DNA of 64,000 nucleotides from Macrostomum lignano (GCA_002269645.1 NIVC01000280.1:310001-374000); one strand, 5' to 3'; positions 37,542 through 50,579 are shown, counted from the first letter of the stretch. Notes: generated by a model not told the origin, from the sequence alone. A program made the numbers and translations.

Positions 37542-38096
37542 TTGTCGATACCAACATCCGCCAGTATGGCTATGCAGCCGAGTGCTCCGTCGACAAAGAA
37601 GGCGAGTACCGGAAATTCAGGGATTTTCCCAGTGTGCTTTGTGGTGCTAAACGAGGCATCGCGCAAGCGCCATTTTATGCGAAATCACGCTGACAAGCTA
37701 TTGCCGGACTGGCATCCCCGGCAGGCCTTTCCAGCGCATATGTGTCCATCAGATGCTGACTGGGTCACCGCCAACACAGAGGCTCGCCGCTCGCTCCTTT
37801 GGAAGTCTTTTGAACTGTCCAAGGAGCCGAACGTGTATAATGAGGATGAGCGGCTCGTTCTGTGCACCGCCGGATGCAACGCATTTGTCCGGCAGATCCG
37901 CAAGCACCGCGGTCTGTGCGGTAGAAAGGCAGCAGCGGCGGCTGCGTCAGCAGACGAGCAACAGAGCCGCATCGCGGCTGTACGTCCGGACATGCACACT
38001 ATCGCCACGCAGACTGAGTGGCAAGCCATGAGCAGCTCGACGGAGACCGCTGCCCCGCCGCCGCTGATTCAAATGTCGGGCAGCAAATGCCTGTGA
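37542..38096 (+). CDS. Zinc-finger-like ORF, probable 5' part of the downstream recombinase gene
   Basis: (F)PVC..LNEASRKRHFMRNH and CTAGCNAFVRQIRKH resemble C2H2 fingers. Followed by a (GTGA)n tract starting with a GTGAGT donor at ~38118. Confidence 0.45.
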   Translation: MSIPTSASMAMQPSAPSTKKASTGNSGIFPVCFVVLNEASRKRHFMRNHADKLLPDWHPRQAFPAHMCPSDADWVTANTEARRSLLWKSFELSKEPNVYNEDERLVLCTAGCNAFVRQIRKHRGLCGRKAAAAAASADEQQSRIAAVRPDMHTIATQTEWQAMSSSTETAAPPPLIQMSGSKCL

Positions 38097-38709
38097 ACGC
38101 TGCTCCCACTTCACCGGTGAGTGAGTGAGTGAGTGAGTGAGTGAATGAGTGAGTGTGTACGAGTAAGTAGGACGTGCATATTTTCAAACTTTGTTATAGC
38201 CATCTATGTTTTCCTTATACAGTTATGTACGGAGTTTTCCGATTCGTTGCATATCGTACTTTTCAATTGTCATTTACAATTCTTATGCTGGGAACATTTG
38301 CATATTTTTATTGTTTGTATAACTGTAAAAAATAATTATTATAGCGCAAAACTTTTATAATTATCTATCACTTAGTACTTGCTTCTTTATCCAAAAGGCT
38401 TATTTAAAAACCATAGACACAGCTAAAGCAAGCGGCCTTTTCTAGAATTTCTACCATTCGCGAGTGTAGCGTCCTGAGTTGTTAAGTAGTCCTTGATTGC
38501 ATGCAGCATAAAAAGGGGCCTGCGAGGAAAGAGGAGAGATATTCAACTAATTTTAATTTCAATTGTGCGCTTAGGTGCTGCTCCACCTATAATTGCATGC
38601 AGTATGGAAGGGGCCTGCGATCAAATATAAGAGATAGATAGATAATAGCTACTCAAATAATTCAACTAATAACGCTTATTACTAATAACGGCAACCGTAA
38701 GAAGAATAT

Positions 38710-40268
38710 AGTCAAAGCAGTACTGAAAACTTACCTCAAGCATCTCCGCCAACCAAAGCCACAAACGCCGCTGGGGAAAGATCCGCGATTCCGTTGAGGC
38801 AACACAGGAGCGGCTGTGGCAGCGCAAGCAGCTCACTCTGGCCGACCTAGTGCTGCGGCCTGACCTCATCGCTGGCGTCTTTGGCTTGGAGGTGGTCACC
38901 AATCAGTTGAAGCTGGCGCCTTCAACGGCGGGCCGCAAGTGCTAGGAGATAGTTACCATCCTGGGTTGGCTCACAGTGCGCGGCAATCGCTGTCTTGAGC
39001 AGGTGCTCGACGCGATCAGACTGCGCCAATCAAAGTTTTTTGTGCCGCCGCCGCCGCCGCCGCCGCCGCCGCTACCACCGCCGATGCCGACGACAGAGGG
39101 GATGCCGAGCAGGCCGGCTGGCGAGCTCAGCAGCAGCTGATGAGCGACAACCCACTCGCTGCTAGGCAGCTTGCAGTTGCGCGCATGTCTTCGCTGATCG
39201 GCGAAGCAGAAGGTGAGTTCGCCGCTGTACGCTCACTCCAGGAGCAGCTCCATAAGCTGGCCACCATGGTCGGCAGATGAGCTATATGGCCAGCTATATT
39301 AAACGTAGCAAAGTGTGCAACATTTTTGACCGGCGCGACCGGTTTTTTAATATGCTGCTTGAGAACAGTTGGGAGGCGCTGCCGCAAACTGGAGACTGGA
39401 GCAGCAGCAGCAGCAGCAGCAGTAGCAGCAACAGCTCGTCTCGCAGCGACGACGACAATCAGCTGTGCGCCAAGATGGTATGTGTCCGGCGCATTGTGCA
39501 GGAGTTCGTTTTCTTTTGCAGCGTGGAACAGCCAATTAGACTATTGCCGTGGATTTATCTGCGGCGGCAGCATCTGCTTAACCGTGCAGTGCGACACAGG
39601 GCGGCGGACGACCGGGACCAGCTGTTTCGCGACACCAGCATCAGTGCCACTGAAGAAGATCTCGTTGGGCACTCGCACCTGGTGCTGCCGCCGACCGAAG
39701 TTCCGCACAAGGCCGGGCAAAATGGCCAGCCAGCCACAATGGTGCTGCCCGACCTCTTCTGCGACGCCCTGCTGCGCCTGCACGACGCCTACATCCGGCC
39801 GAGCCTCGTTGCGCGCGGAGTCTGTTCCTCCGCCCGAGGTGTCCACAATTTTTTTGGATATTTATGGCCTCGGCTACAGTCAGAGCGCATTCAGCCGCAT
39901 GATCAGCACTGGAGGCGATAGGCTGCTCGGCCGGCATTATGTTGCGACTGACTGGCGCCGCACCCTATGCAGCGTCGTCCTGGCGATGGAGCCGGCGCAG
40001 CTGCACGCATTTGCCCGCGCCCATGGCACCTCGCCGGCGGTTATATGCCAAAACTACAGCTATAACGCGCACAGGGCGCTGCAAATGGGTGTTGTCATCC
40101 GCTCGCGCCAGGCAGTTGGCAACGGCCAGCCTACTAAACCAGCAACAGCAGCAGCAGCAGCAGCAGCGTCTGAGTTGGCGAATTCTTCTGCTTCTGCTTC
40201 TGCCGCAATTTCCTCGGCGCTGGCTGTCCGATCGGCATTACTGGCCGACAGCGGTGGTGCCGAAGACA

Positions 40269-40305
<37 letters not shown>

Positions 40306-40489
40306 CGGCGAGATTCGGCCGACGCAGCGCGCTGATGCTGCAGTGCACAGCGGCGGCGGCGGCGGCGGCGGCGGCAGAAGCAAGCAGCGGCGGAGGCGGA
40401 GGCAAAACTCAGCAAGTTGTGACGGCGGCCAGGATGGAGGCTTGGGAGTTGTTTCGCAGCCTGTCGCCAAGGTTCAGCGGCTGAGTTAA
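38710..40489 (+). pseudogene. Divergent tyrosine-recombinase-like gene with GCC/AGC/GGC tract expansions
   Basis: Reconstructed across several 1-nt shifts: LKLAPSTAGRK (core-binding-like), QPIRLL (Arg), VPHKAGQ..ATMVLP..L..Y.RP (Lys turn), TDWRR (HxxR-like), AHGTSPAVICQNY (Tyr). Confidence 0.55.
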
Positions 40490-41426
40490 AAGATCCGCCG
40501 CCAGTGTGTTTAATTACTATTAGTACGATAGCGTATAAAGCGCGCACGTAGGTGCGTGCTTTATTCGCTTTTACTTATATTACTTATTAACTTTGAGTTT
40601 ATATTATTATAGTTCGTGCGTACAATTGTTAAAGTATTTTTATTATTCATAAATCTATGCATGCTTATTGAATAATCTTATATGTTGAACAAGGAACAGT
40701 TGATAGTGCGCGCAATAAACTCTATAAAATTATAAGGGATTTGATCCATTTAGCTATTCGTATTATTTTAGGGAATTATGCGCGCACTATGAACTGTACG
40801 ATGGACATGCGTTAGTTAGCCAGCCCTTGTTTATAATTTTTTTCATCTTTTGATATTGCGCGATCAGTTGTTCGATGTTATTATTATATATTATTATTTA
40901 TTATGTAAATGTATCAGTTATTTATAGATGTAACCAAAGTTAAAGCCATAAACTATTACTGTATTGGACTGTAAAGACAAGGAAGATTAAAGTCGTTGAA
41001 CGAAGCCATCCCTAACAGCAGCGTTTAATTTCTTCTTCTGTATGATTGATAGGTATATATTTTATTATTGAGACTAAGCTTTCTGCTTTGGCACGCCATT
41101 TGAATTTTTGCGTCCTTTTTCTTCAAATCTTTAAAGTCGTGCGAATATGTCAATCAAGCAAGAAAGAAGCAACCTGTTGACATGGCACATGAAATTTCAA
41201 TAATAGATCGGTCATTACTTAATGCTACTAAAATTAGGCACCCAGTCGACCATAGACAAATTTAAAGGCCTTGGTGCAGTGGGCCATAGACAAATATTTA
41301 GGCCTTCACGCGACTGAAAAGTTCCATTCCAGTATATGTTACAAAAAGCGATAGACTGGAAAGAAAATTTACAGCAACAAAATATCAATTTCACTTAGTC
41401 AACAACTAAGCAGTTTCTACCGATCG

Positions 41427-41800
41427 ATGAAGGAGATCTGGAAAAAGTCAAGGCGTACTTTGATAGAACCACAGCCGAAACGCTTACAGGACGAGGTGGT
41501 ATTCACCATTCTCTATATTCTACGTGAGAGAGGACAAGAACACCTTAAACATTTGAAACAGCACGGAGCATTGGTTGCTGGTATCGACTCCGACGGACAA
41601 GAGTACTGTGAACTACCACCACTACCAACTAAGAACCAATCAAGTGACCCAGCGAAGTGCAAAGACGACAGAACGAAGCAGGCGCGCATCTACGGAGAGC
41701 ATCGTTAACTGACTGCTCTGTATGAGAGGTCTTTACCTACATGGGTGAAAAACGGCTGCTTTTTTCCGAAGCCTCTTTTGAACGATTCAGAAGGTAGGTT
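41427..41800 (+). pseudogene. Crypton (DUF3504/KCTD1-type) recombinase middle fragment
   Basis: PKRLQDEVVFTILYILRERGQEHLKHL..DSDGQEYCEL..TKNQ matches P..LQ..V.F...F..RG.E.L..L..D..G.EY..TKNH. Confidence 0.75.
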
Positions 41801-42046
41801 CCGTTTCTCTACGAATCAGGCACGCTGAGTTTTTTGTTTATTGCTTGTTTATGTTTTCAAGTTCACTTGTTATTCAATAAATAATATGAAAATAAATTTT
41901 CGATGGTCGAAATGTATTTTCAGCGTTAAGCAATAACAAAATGGTGCGTGTCATTATAATACTCTTGTGTATATGTACAATGCCTAGCACTTTTCCCTAA
42001 TTAAAAATTTTTTTCTTTCTTCTGCTTGGTGAAGCAAAAGGGTCTT

Positions 42047-43845
42047 TTTGCCATAGACAGAAAAGTAACAGCGGTGCCCAGTCATATATAGGAGAAGAAA
42101 GGAAACCAAGACAACGATATAATCGCTGCTGTTTCTTTTTTAGCTCTTTCAGAGCACTTTTCTTTTAAAAAACTAAATTGAATTTGGTGCGATACGGACA
42201 ACGACTACGAAACCAAAGAAGATGCCAATGCCTTCATCGAGGCCTGCGAGGAAGCCGAGCGGCAGGCAGCTCTGAAGGAGCAGTTAAATTGTGAAGTTAT
42301 ATAAGTGACCATGCTGCAGCTGCGGTCAATCTTTGTGAAGACGTCGATATTGACGCTGACTATTTGATTGCCGCTACCGAAGCTGCCCAAGCTGCCGAAG
42401 CTGCTGAAGCTGCCGAAGGTTATTTTGACAGCGAGTTTTTCAAAATGAAAGACTTCCAGGCTTATGCCTATGCTAGACACAGTCTTTGAATCTCCGCTAT
42501 CAGTTGGCATGAAGAGCTACTTAAGGTTTATAGAGATGAGGCGTGGCGAGTTGCATCCGTCCAGCGCTGCATTCGATGAGGGAAGAAACGAGAGCAAGCC
42601 ATCTGTGCTGTGAGCAATCAACTAACGGTGGCTACTAACGCCGACTCTTAAGTTGCAGATACCGAGGCAAGTAGCCCAGTTGACGTTATCAACGATCCTC
42701 GGGCACGAAAATCGGAATAATTAGAAGATTCGAGCCGACGGCGACAAATGTCATTTAGTTTGTATTTCAGTTGCGTCTGATGGCAAGTGAAAGTCTAGTA
42801 TTAACCACAGAATATCACACACAATGCTCATTCGTGCTCTCCGCATGAAAATCGCAGGACAAAAAAGATACGTATGGAGCCTACTCTTGGCGTGAAGTTA
42901 ACTACGAGCTAAGTAGCATACATCCATCTTCTATATCCTTTTCAATGTAGCCAACGCCGCGGGGAATTCTAGTCAAAATTCTAAGAGCTGTGCCATAGAC
43001 TATTTTTAAGGAAGTTGCCATTCCCTTCCACATTGAGTATAAGAAAGCTGCCCAAGAAATTAGACAGATTTGTTTTTTTTAATTTACTTTGTAGGCCTCT
43101 GACTGAATCTAAACATTTACTTTCAGATTTTTTACGTTACGCTGTGTTGCACTCAAAGTATCTCTACATGCTGACGGATTCGCGCCGACAGTGCGCATCT
43201 TTGACTGCAACTGTCGGTCTACAACTCGGTTGCATCGGTTCCCATTCGGGCAATAAAGAGAGGTACGTTTGTTTGTTGAAAACTTTTTCGGCACACCGCT
43301 ACAATGAATTTAACTCGACCAAAAGTTGCGACGAATATTTCAAGACCAAATTTCCAATTCGAGGAGATATAGGCCTATCTGGTTGAGCGCTTCTCTATGC
43401 TTCGCAACTGGAATGTGGCATTACAGCCATGGAGGAAAGAATAGAATGGAGTGCTAATCTGAGCCAGTTATTTTTATCTCACTCGATTTTCGCTTTTAAC
43501 ATCCCTTTCCCCCCGTTCCTTCCTATTGGCTGAAAGCATATATTTTGATGCGAGCTCATACTATGCTGGGACAGACCTTTCAGAGGGGAACGAAAATGAA
43601 AACGAGACGAAAAATACTTTGTCTATGGCAGTCAAAAAAGCCTAAAAAAGCATTTGGCGCAGAAATTCATTCCTGCACGGTTTTGCTTGCACGGTTTCCT
43701 GCTTGATGATTCACCCGACAGTGGGGTTCCTTCACGTCCACTCGTGCGTGAAGGACATCATGCACTCGTGCAGATGTCATTCTTATTTGATTCTGTGTGC
43801 AGACTTGCTGGTCAAGCGTCCAGAATTACTTTTGTCTATGGCAAA
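42047..43845. mobile_element. TIR element (TTTTGCCATAGACA(G)AAAAGTAA) with a related nested element at 42991-43630
   Basis: Outer inverted pair at 42047 and 43825-43845. Inner pair TGCCATAGAC at 42991 and GTCTATGGCA ending 43630. No TSD identified. Confidence 0.55.
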
Positions 43846-44442
43846 ATCTCCTTTAGGTCTAACGGATCATTGGTGCAGGGTTGAAATATATTTTAAGAAA
43901 TCGAAAAGACACTAAGGAAAAACAACCAAGAGTGAACGTTTTTTAATACCATAGAATCATACACAGAATGGCTGTTTCGGATTTTTTGTGTGAAGACCAA
44001 AACTCACGGGCAACTACCGGAAGAAAAGAGACTGCTCAGTGGGGCAATAAAAAAGCAGAAGCGAAATCTACTTTACGGAATGCAGATTTTGAATAAAAAA
44101 TTCTTGGCTGAGCAAACCGCCCCGTGTGCTTAAACAAAAGTTAGACAATAAAAAAGAACAATGCCGGTGCCAACTGTGCAACAACGTTAACCTTTTGGAT
44201 GAAGGAATTCGTAAAGCGAAACTAAATGGTTTTGAAATAGTAAAACAAAAACTTATATAATTTTCATTACTTTTAATATTTCAAATGCTTTTTAGATGTT
44301 GTGTAACAACAGTATAGTATAGTCTGTAGATCCTTACTCAGGAACAACTAGAAAAGGGGACGGGAAACGCCTCAAATCCTTCAGAAAAAAACTTGAAGGC
44401 CTATTCATTTCTATTATGTGTCTATTGTAGCGTAATTATGAG

Positions 44443-44509
44443 ATAACACCCCCCCCCCAGATTTGTTTCTTTACAACACGCCATAAACAGCAAATCTGGG
44501 GAGTGTTAT
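44443..44509. repeat. Short hairpin/MITE-like inverted repeat
   Basis: ATAACAC(C)nAGATTTG ... CAAATCTGGGGAGTGTTAT arms around a 25-nt spacer, ~50 bp upstream of the Crypton ORF. Confidence 0.7.
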
Positions 44510-44562
44510 TGTGGGAGTGCTAATCAATTCGCAATCGTACTTTCTGGCAAGTCAAATTCGAC

Positions 44563-44925
44563 ATGGAAGACGGTTTACCTTCCGATCCTGGCGATTTTGA
44601 GACCCCAGATAGGGAGATTTCTCCGGATCTACTGGACTTTCTGATACAAACAGAAAATGAGTCGCAGTTGGCGCGCTCCAGTGAAAATAAGGGACGATTC
44701 CAGACACTGACAGAAGCGGAATTTCAGCGAGAGATTGAGGAGAGCTCGCCCTCGACAACAAGGAAGGCAGAATGGGCAATTCAAATCTTACGAGAATGGC
44801 ACGACGAGAAAAAGCATTTCTGGACCACAGGCGGTGGTCCAGCTTTACTGGTTTTAACCGACGTGGACGAAATGTCAAAAAGTGAGGTGAAGAACTTTCT
44901 ATTGAAGCTGTTTGTCCTGGAGGTG
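44563..44925 (+). pseudogene. Crypton N-terminal coding fragment
   Basis: GRFQTLTEAE..SSPSTTRKAEWAIQILREW..EMSKSEVKNFLLKLFVLEV matches RF..L..E..P..T..T.WA...F..W / L...L..F..EV. Confidence 0.75.
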
Positions 44926-45249
44926 CTTTTTAACTTTGGTATTTTTCTTCTCTTGTTTTTTATTTTTCGCCGTGAATTATTTCCTGGCCCGGCTATTGCG
45001 TTACATATGCGTGCGTAAAATGCGTTACATACCATAGACACTGTACTGAGCCACACTGGGGTTTAAGTGTCTATGGCTGCATTTTGGCTCATGCTTGTAG
45101 CATTCGATTTTTTTGCTACAAGCGCCTTAGTTCCCAGCTATAGCTATCTACGTGCTCATGTGACATATTCGAGCCGTGACTATAACTTATAAGCAGACCG
45201 AAACACCAAAGACCGAAAAATTTTGTGCCAGTCAAGGAAGTGTAGCGTC

Positions 45250-45500
45250 GGAAACTGCATCCTCAAGACTGATTGTTTTACTTCTCTACACTTTGTTGAG
45301 TGCTTCAACAGCCTATGTTTTCCATCATGTGCATCGCGAGTGCAGATCCTTTTTGATTCCATTGCCAAATTCTTTTTTTTCCATCAGAAATCGTCACGCG
45401 AAATGTTACCACCAGGCTACTTACAAACTGCTTTCTCAAAGGACTTATTTCACGAGCATCAAAGTTAGCAGCAAAAGACGCTAGTGAAAGAAAATTTATG
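45250..45500 (+). pseudogene. 3'-end relic of a second P-type transposase
   Basis: CFNSLCFPSCASRVQILFDSIAKFFF and RLLTNCFLKGL parallel YSSFILHSPTCATRVQKLFYVIKDFYFP and RRLANVFFKGL of the adjacent P element. Confidence 0.6.
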
Positions 45501-45996
45501 AAGCTTCGGGGCAGGTAGTTTTCACTATTCAAATGCGCCTTTTTATAATAAGCACTACGGGACGATCGACTATGCGATGTCATATATGTACAGGTTTATC
45601 CATTTTTACAACTCTCAAATCCTTTTAAGAGTTTCTCTGCCCATATTACATAGCTTTCCATCACAAGAATCGCTATTATCTTTTATGTTTTGAATACGAC
45701 GTATTTACGAGGATTGTCCCAGAAATAACAGAAAAAACCAGTACAGAGGCTGACTGTAGTATTCGAATTTTATGCAACTTGCGTCATTAGTATTATTTCA
45801 GGGACAACTAAAACCCTCGGGACGCGAAACGAGCCAATTCATGGCAAAAAATCTGAGGGGCTCGCTTAAAAGTATTGTTCTATGGCTTTTTCAAGTCTTC
45901 TCTGCAATCAGGCAAATTAAAATTGCTTTAGCTGCGGCCAGCAGTGAAGCTAAGCTGAACTATATCAAGAGAAGCATTTTTTATTCACTTGATGAA

Positions 45997-48820
45997 ATGC
46001 CAAGAAAGTGCAGCGTATTTCCGTGCTCGTCAAATTACAACTCTGAAGCCGTTCGAACACGGACATTTGCGTTTCCCAGAGATCCACAGGAGCGAGAGCG
46101 ATGGAGAAAGGCGCTGCCAAATATTCTCCAGGTAAGAAACCAGATCATTTGCTGTCATTACTGCTGCATAATTCCGCTTCAATTCTGCATGCCAGTCTCG
46201 TCCAAACAACTTGAAACCCAAAATTTATTATTTTAGAGAGTGACTGACAATATGGGCGTGTGCGTAAAGCATTGGCCAAGCGATGCTCCAATGTTCAAGA
46301 AAAACTCTACCAAAAGGCCAATTAATCCTCCTTCTGTTTTTAATGGAGTTCCTAGCTCGTGTTTTGTTCAGAACCAAGGTACGTAACTTAAAGATTGCTC
46401 AACACTTAGCGTCTATATCGATTTTGCCGCTCACAATTATCTTACTTTTATTTTTACTCTTATTTTAGACCAAGACCGACAGGCCGAAAAGCGCGGTGTT
46501 CTTTCTGACGCGAGGTGCAGCGACATCGATGAGATGGACGCTTTTCAGCTGCTTGATTTTTTGCCGGCATGGGAAAGTTTTCGAGCTGAGGTGAAAAATT
46601 CGGATATCGTATCTCGACATGCACTGAATACAGCTATTCTGAACGAAGACATTTACTTGTTTACGTTAGATAAAGATGGAGACCTGTCTGTTCGAATTTT
46701 TGTCTCACCTAACTTTCTGATTCGTGCATTCAAACTGCATACACCGATTTCGGTTCGAGACTTGTTGGGATTTCAACCGACGCTGGTCGCAACTGGATGC
46801 TGTTGTCGTGCGGTGCAAAAATTCCGACGCCAATCCCCAACGTGAAGTCGAAGCGTTTGTTAGTAGAATCAGTGATGATATAGATTCTGACTCTGATTTG
46901 GATCGGTCGCTTCAGTTTTTGATTCGACAACTTAGCCTTAAATTAGTAAATCGGAACAATCGCCGCTATGACATTTCACTAGTGCGACAGTCAGCATTGC
47001 TCTACTTGATCAGTAGTTCGGCTTACTCTTACCTACGGAAGCTATTGCCATTGCCTCATCCCCGAACGCTGCAGCTGCAACTAGCAGGTACAGGAGAAGT
47101 TGGCACAGAAACCGACGCAGCCGATGTGATCCAGTCAGTTTTTGCTAGTCTATCAGGAGCTCAGCGAAACTGCGTAATATGTTTGACGAAATGTACATAC
47201 AACCGTCCGTTCGATATCGATGCCGTCACCTGGGTCGAGCCGTCGACGATCCGGACCAGGTTGCTAGGACAATTTTGGCCATAATGGTAAAGCCATTACT
47301 TGGTGGAAAACCGTTTGTAGTCCGACTATTGCCGACATACATTTTGTCTGCGGAGTTTCTGCGAAAATGCGTCAGCCAATGTATTAAAGCAATTAACAAC
47401 AACGGTGGCCGTGTCGTTGCTCTCGTCAGCGACAATCACCCGACCAACCGCAAGTGTTTTGCTTTATTTAGCGATGGAAGAGAGAAGCCATGGATTGGAA
47501 CGGATGCTGCACAGGAGTCGGAATTCTTCATGCTGTTCGATTTCGTTCACATTATCAAATGCATTCGCAACAATTGGCAAATGGAAGCGAATGGAATTCT
47601 AAGCATTCAACCTCCTGGCGCTGACAGACAGATATCCGCTAAATGGTCAGACGTGGTACGCCTGTACCAAATGGAGAAAGACCACGTAGTCAAGCGCACA
47701 TGTCTAACTCATGAGGCCTGTTATCCCACAAGCACTCAGAAAACTAAAGTCAGTCTCGCTCTCCAAGTTCTCGATGAAAGGGTTGCCGCTGCATTGAAGT
47801 GTGATGGATACTCAGACACTGCGGAATTTATCAAAACCATAGTGAGATTCTGGAAAATTGTCAATTGTAAAAATCCTGATCTACACGCACGACTACGGGA
47901 TCCGGACAGGCGACCAGTCTATTCCGTTCAAGATGAAAGCATACAATTTCTTAGCGCGCTCGCGGATTCGTTTGATTCGACACATTGTGGAAAAGGCCGA
48001 GCTCGCCATCATTCATTGACGCCCGAGACCAAGTCAGCGCTAGTAAACTCACTGCGCGGAGCCTGTGAGATGTGTGAGGTTCTTTTGTCCGACCCACGAA
48101 TCAGCTACGTTCTGCTGGCTGGCTGGCGTATATCGCCAAATGAGCGGCGGCAACTACTATGTATCTGTGGAGCAAGTGCTGCTCAGTGCTCGACTCCGAC
48201 GAATGAAATTATTGACATCCCTTGAATTAGCAGACTACAAGCACGATCGGAGCAAATGTTGCAATGAACAGCTGAATGAAATTGAACTGGCGACCATTGA
48301 TAATTGTGCTGCTAAATCAGAGGAGCTTTCCATTTCGGAGATGGCTTCGCTCTACACTATATCGCAGGTAAGCTGGATATTAATTAAAATTTAATTCACA
48401 ACGAGGTTTTACACAATCTCATCAAAACAATTCAAACCGTGCTTAATTGGAAATTGACAGGTTATACAGCGACTAAAGAAGGCAGGCATCAAAGGAACAG
48501 ATTTGATATCAGAGACGAGCATTCCAGCCAGCGAATTCACTGAAGAGTTATCTCGCGGAAAGCTTTGTCATCCTCCACAATGGCTGTTAGACTTATCCTG
48601 TCTCTGCTACAGCAGTTTTATTCTGCACTCTCCTACGTGCGCAACTCGCGTGCAGAAGCTGTTTTATGTTATTAAGGACTTTTACTTTCCAACTAACACA
48701 CAGTTCAGCATGGACAGTGTCCCGTCGGCTAGCCAACGTTTTTTTCAAAGGACTAGTAAGACGCTCGTCAAAACTCCCACCAATACCGACGACATCCCAT
48801 GATAGAAAGCTTCGGAAGTT
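45997..48820 (+). pseudogene. THAP-domain P transposase with GT-AG introns (46132-46236, 46379-46468, 48368-48461), frameshifted
   Basis: Splices in frame: MPRKCSVFPC..FAFP..W..ILQ|RV..VCVKHW..PSVF. Then LPLPHPRTL, FDEMYI, VSDNHPTN, FDFVHIIKCIRNNW, YRQMSGGNY and SRGKLCHP. Confidence 0.92.
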
Positions 48821-48917
48821 AAATGCTCAGTAGGTGAAGTTCCAGCGTTTCCTTTATGTACGAGCTACTGACTGTTTGTGTCGTCTTGTCCTTGGAGTTC
48901 CGTATTTGCTTCTATTT

Positions 48918-49056
48918 TCTTGCCGTTGGAGTTTCATCTTCGCTTTCATCCTTTATCTTCTTGCCGTTGGAGTTTCATCTTCGCTTTCATCCTTTATCTT
49001 CTTGCCGTTGGAGTTATATCTTTGCTTTCATCTTTTATCTTCTTGCCGTTGGAGTT
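48918..49056. repeat. 41-bp tandem repeat, ~3.5 copies, in the P element 3' region
   Basis: TGCCGTTGGAG recurs at 48921, 48962, 49003 and 49044. Confidence 0.95.
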
Positions 49057-49694
49057 TTTTGTTGATATGGCGGTTACTTTATTGTAAATTACATTGTAAT
49101 TATATCACTGGTTCCTATTCTTTAAATTAAATACTCGACATTGCCTCGCTTTACTATTTAATCTAACCGTTAATGCCTGATAGCAGAGAAGACTTTAAAA
49201 AGCCATAGAACAATACTTTTAAGCGAGCCCCTCAGATTTTTTGCCATGAATTGGCTCGTTTCGCGTCCCGAGGGTTTTAGTTGTCCCTGTATTATTTAAA
49301 AATATTCAACGGTTGTTTTGCTTATTTAAATTGGGTAAAAATGTCAACTCATTCAAAAGTTTTGTCTATAATTAGAACAAGGGGTAGTGAATAGAGTTAC
49401 ACCAAGTCGAGCCTACTATGCTAGACCATAGACTAAATTTTTGATCTTTAGTCAGAACCATCGATCCGAAAACAAAAGCAAACGAAGAAGCTGAAGAGAA
49501 ACAAAAGCACACATAAGCCCTCGAAAAAGCAGAAGCTAATCTAAAACAAATGCAGAAGCAGAACAGCACAAAAAACATCAGTGGCACCGGCGTAAAGCTG
49601 CAAGAAGCATTTGAAATCACGGTACTGATCTTCGATCACGACAAGACAGCATTGTTGATTTCATCTTTTCTGTTCTCCCTCGTTCAATTGTTAA

Positions 49695-50480
49695 ATGTTT
49701 AGCGTTTCATCTAAAGAAGGTCAACGCCAGTTTGTGTATTCCCAGTGGAGATTTGGGAAGCGAGGCAGCAAAATTGTCAGCAAGCTCACTGACATCCACG
49801 GAGCAGGCGCGATTTCGAAGAGTGCAGTCTACCGGTGGATCGAAGAGTTCAGCCAAGGGTGAACGGACGTTGCTGATGACACAGCCAGCCGTGGCTGTCC
49901 CATTTCCTCATCAACTAAGGCCCTAGTTGAAAAAGGATTTCATTCAAGAAAATCCCCGTTCCACCGCAAAAAAGATGGCAAATGGGCTGGGGAGCCCAAA
50001 AACGTCAATTTACCGAATTTTGGCGGAGAATCTTGGCATTGTGAAGCTATCGGCAAGATTGGTGCCCCGTTTGTTGATGAAAGAAATGAAAGCTGCAAGA
50101 ATGAAGTCCTGCAGGGAGAATCTTGAGCTGGCTCAGGATGCCGGTGGGTGGGAGAGTTTCCGACCGTATGTGGTGACCAGCGACGAGACCTGGATTCCGC
50201 ACTTTGACCCGGAGACAAAGCAGGAGAGCAAGGTATGGGCGTTGAAGGGTTCAGATTCATCTGTGAAGGCAAAACGAGACCAGTACTGCAAGAAGATCAT
50301 GCTGACCTTCTTCTTCGATCAAGAAGATCCGCTGACCATCGACTTTCTCGAGCCGAACAGCACGATTAACTCGGATCGCTACGCTGAGACACTGACCAAG
50401 CTGAAATCTGACATTCGCAACAAGCGCAGGACTGCGATGAAGCCTCACCTTCTGTTGCACAACAATGCTCAACCTAACAC
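49695..50480 (+). mobile_element. Mariner transposase relic, 3' truncated
   Basis: ISKSAVYRWIEEF, KLSARLVPRLL (WVP box), VTSDETWIPHFDPETK, KIMLTFFFD, TINSDRY, LLHNNA. Confidence 0.92.
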
Positions 50481-50579
50481 TAATCACTGTATTAGGTACT
50501 GTAAGTAAACTTCGTTTTCCGATATAGTGTATAAATAGTTCCAACTAGTTCACATCAAATTACTTTCCTTTAATTCTCC

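Larger units (their letters stand above)
45799..49289 (+). mobile_element. P-superfamily (THAP9-like) DNA transposon, 3491 bp
   Basis: 116-bp TIRs (45799-45914, 49174-49289) starting CAGGG with 2 mismatches. 8-bp TSD TATTATTT on both sides. Confidence 0.97.
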
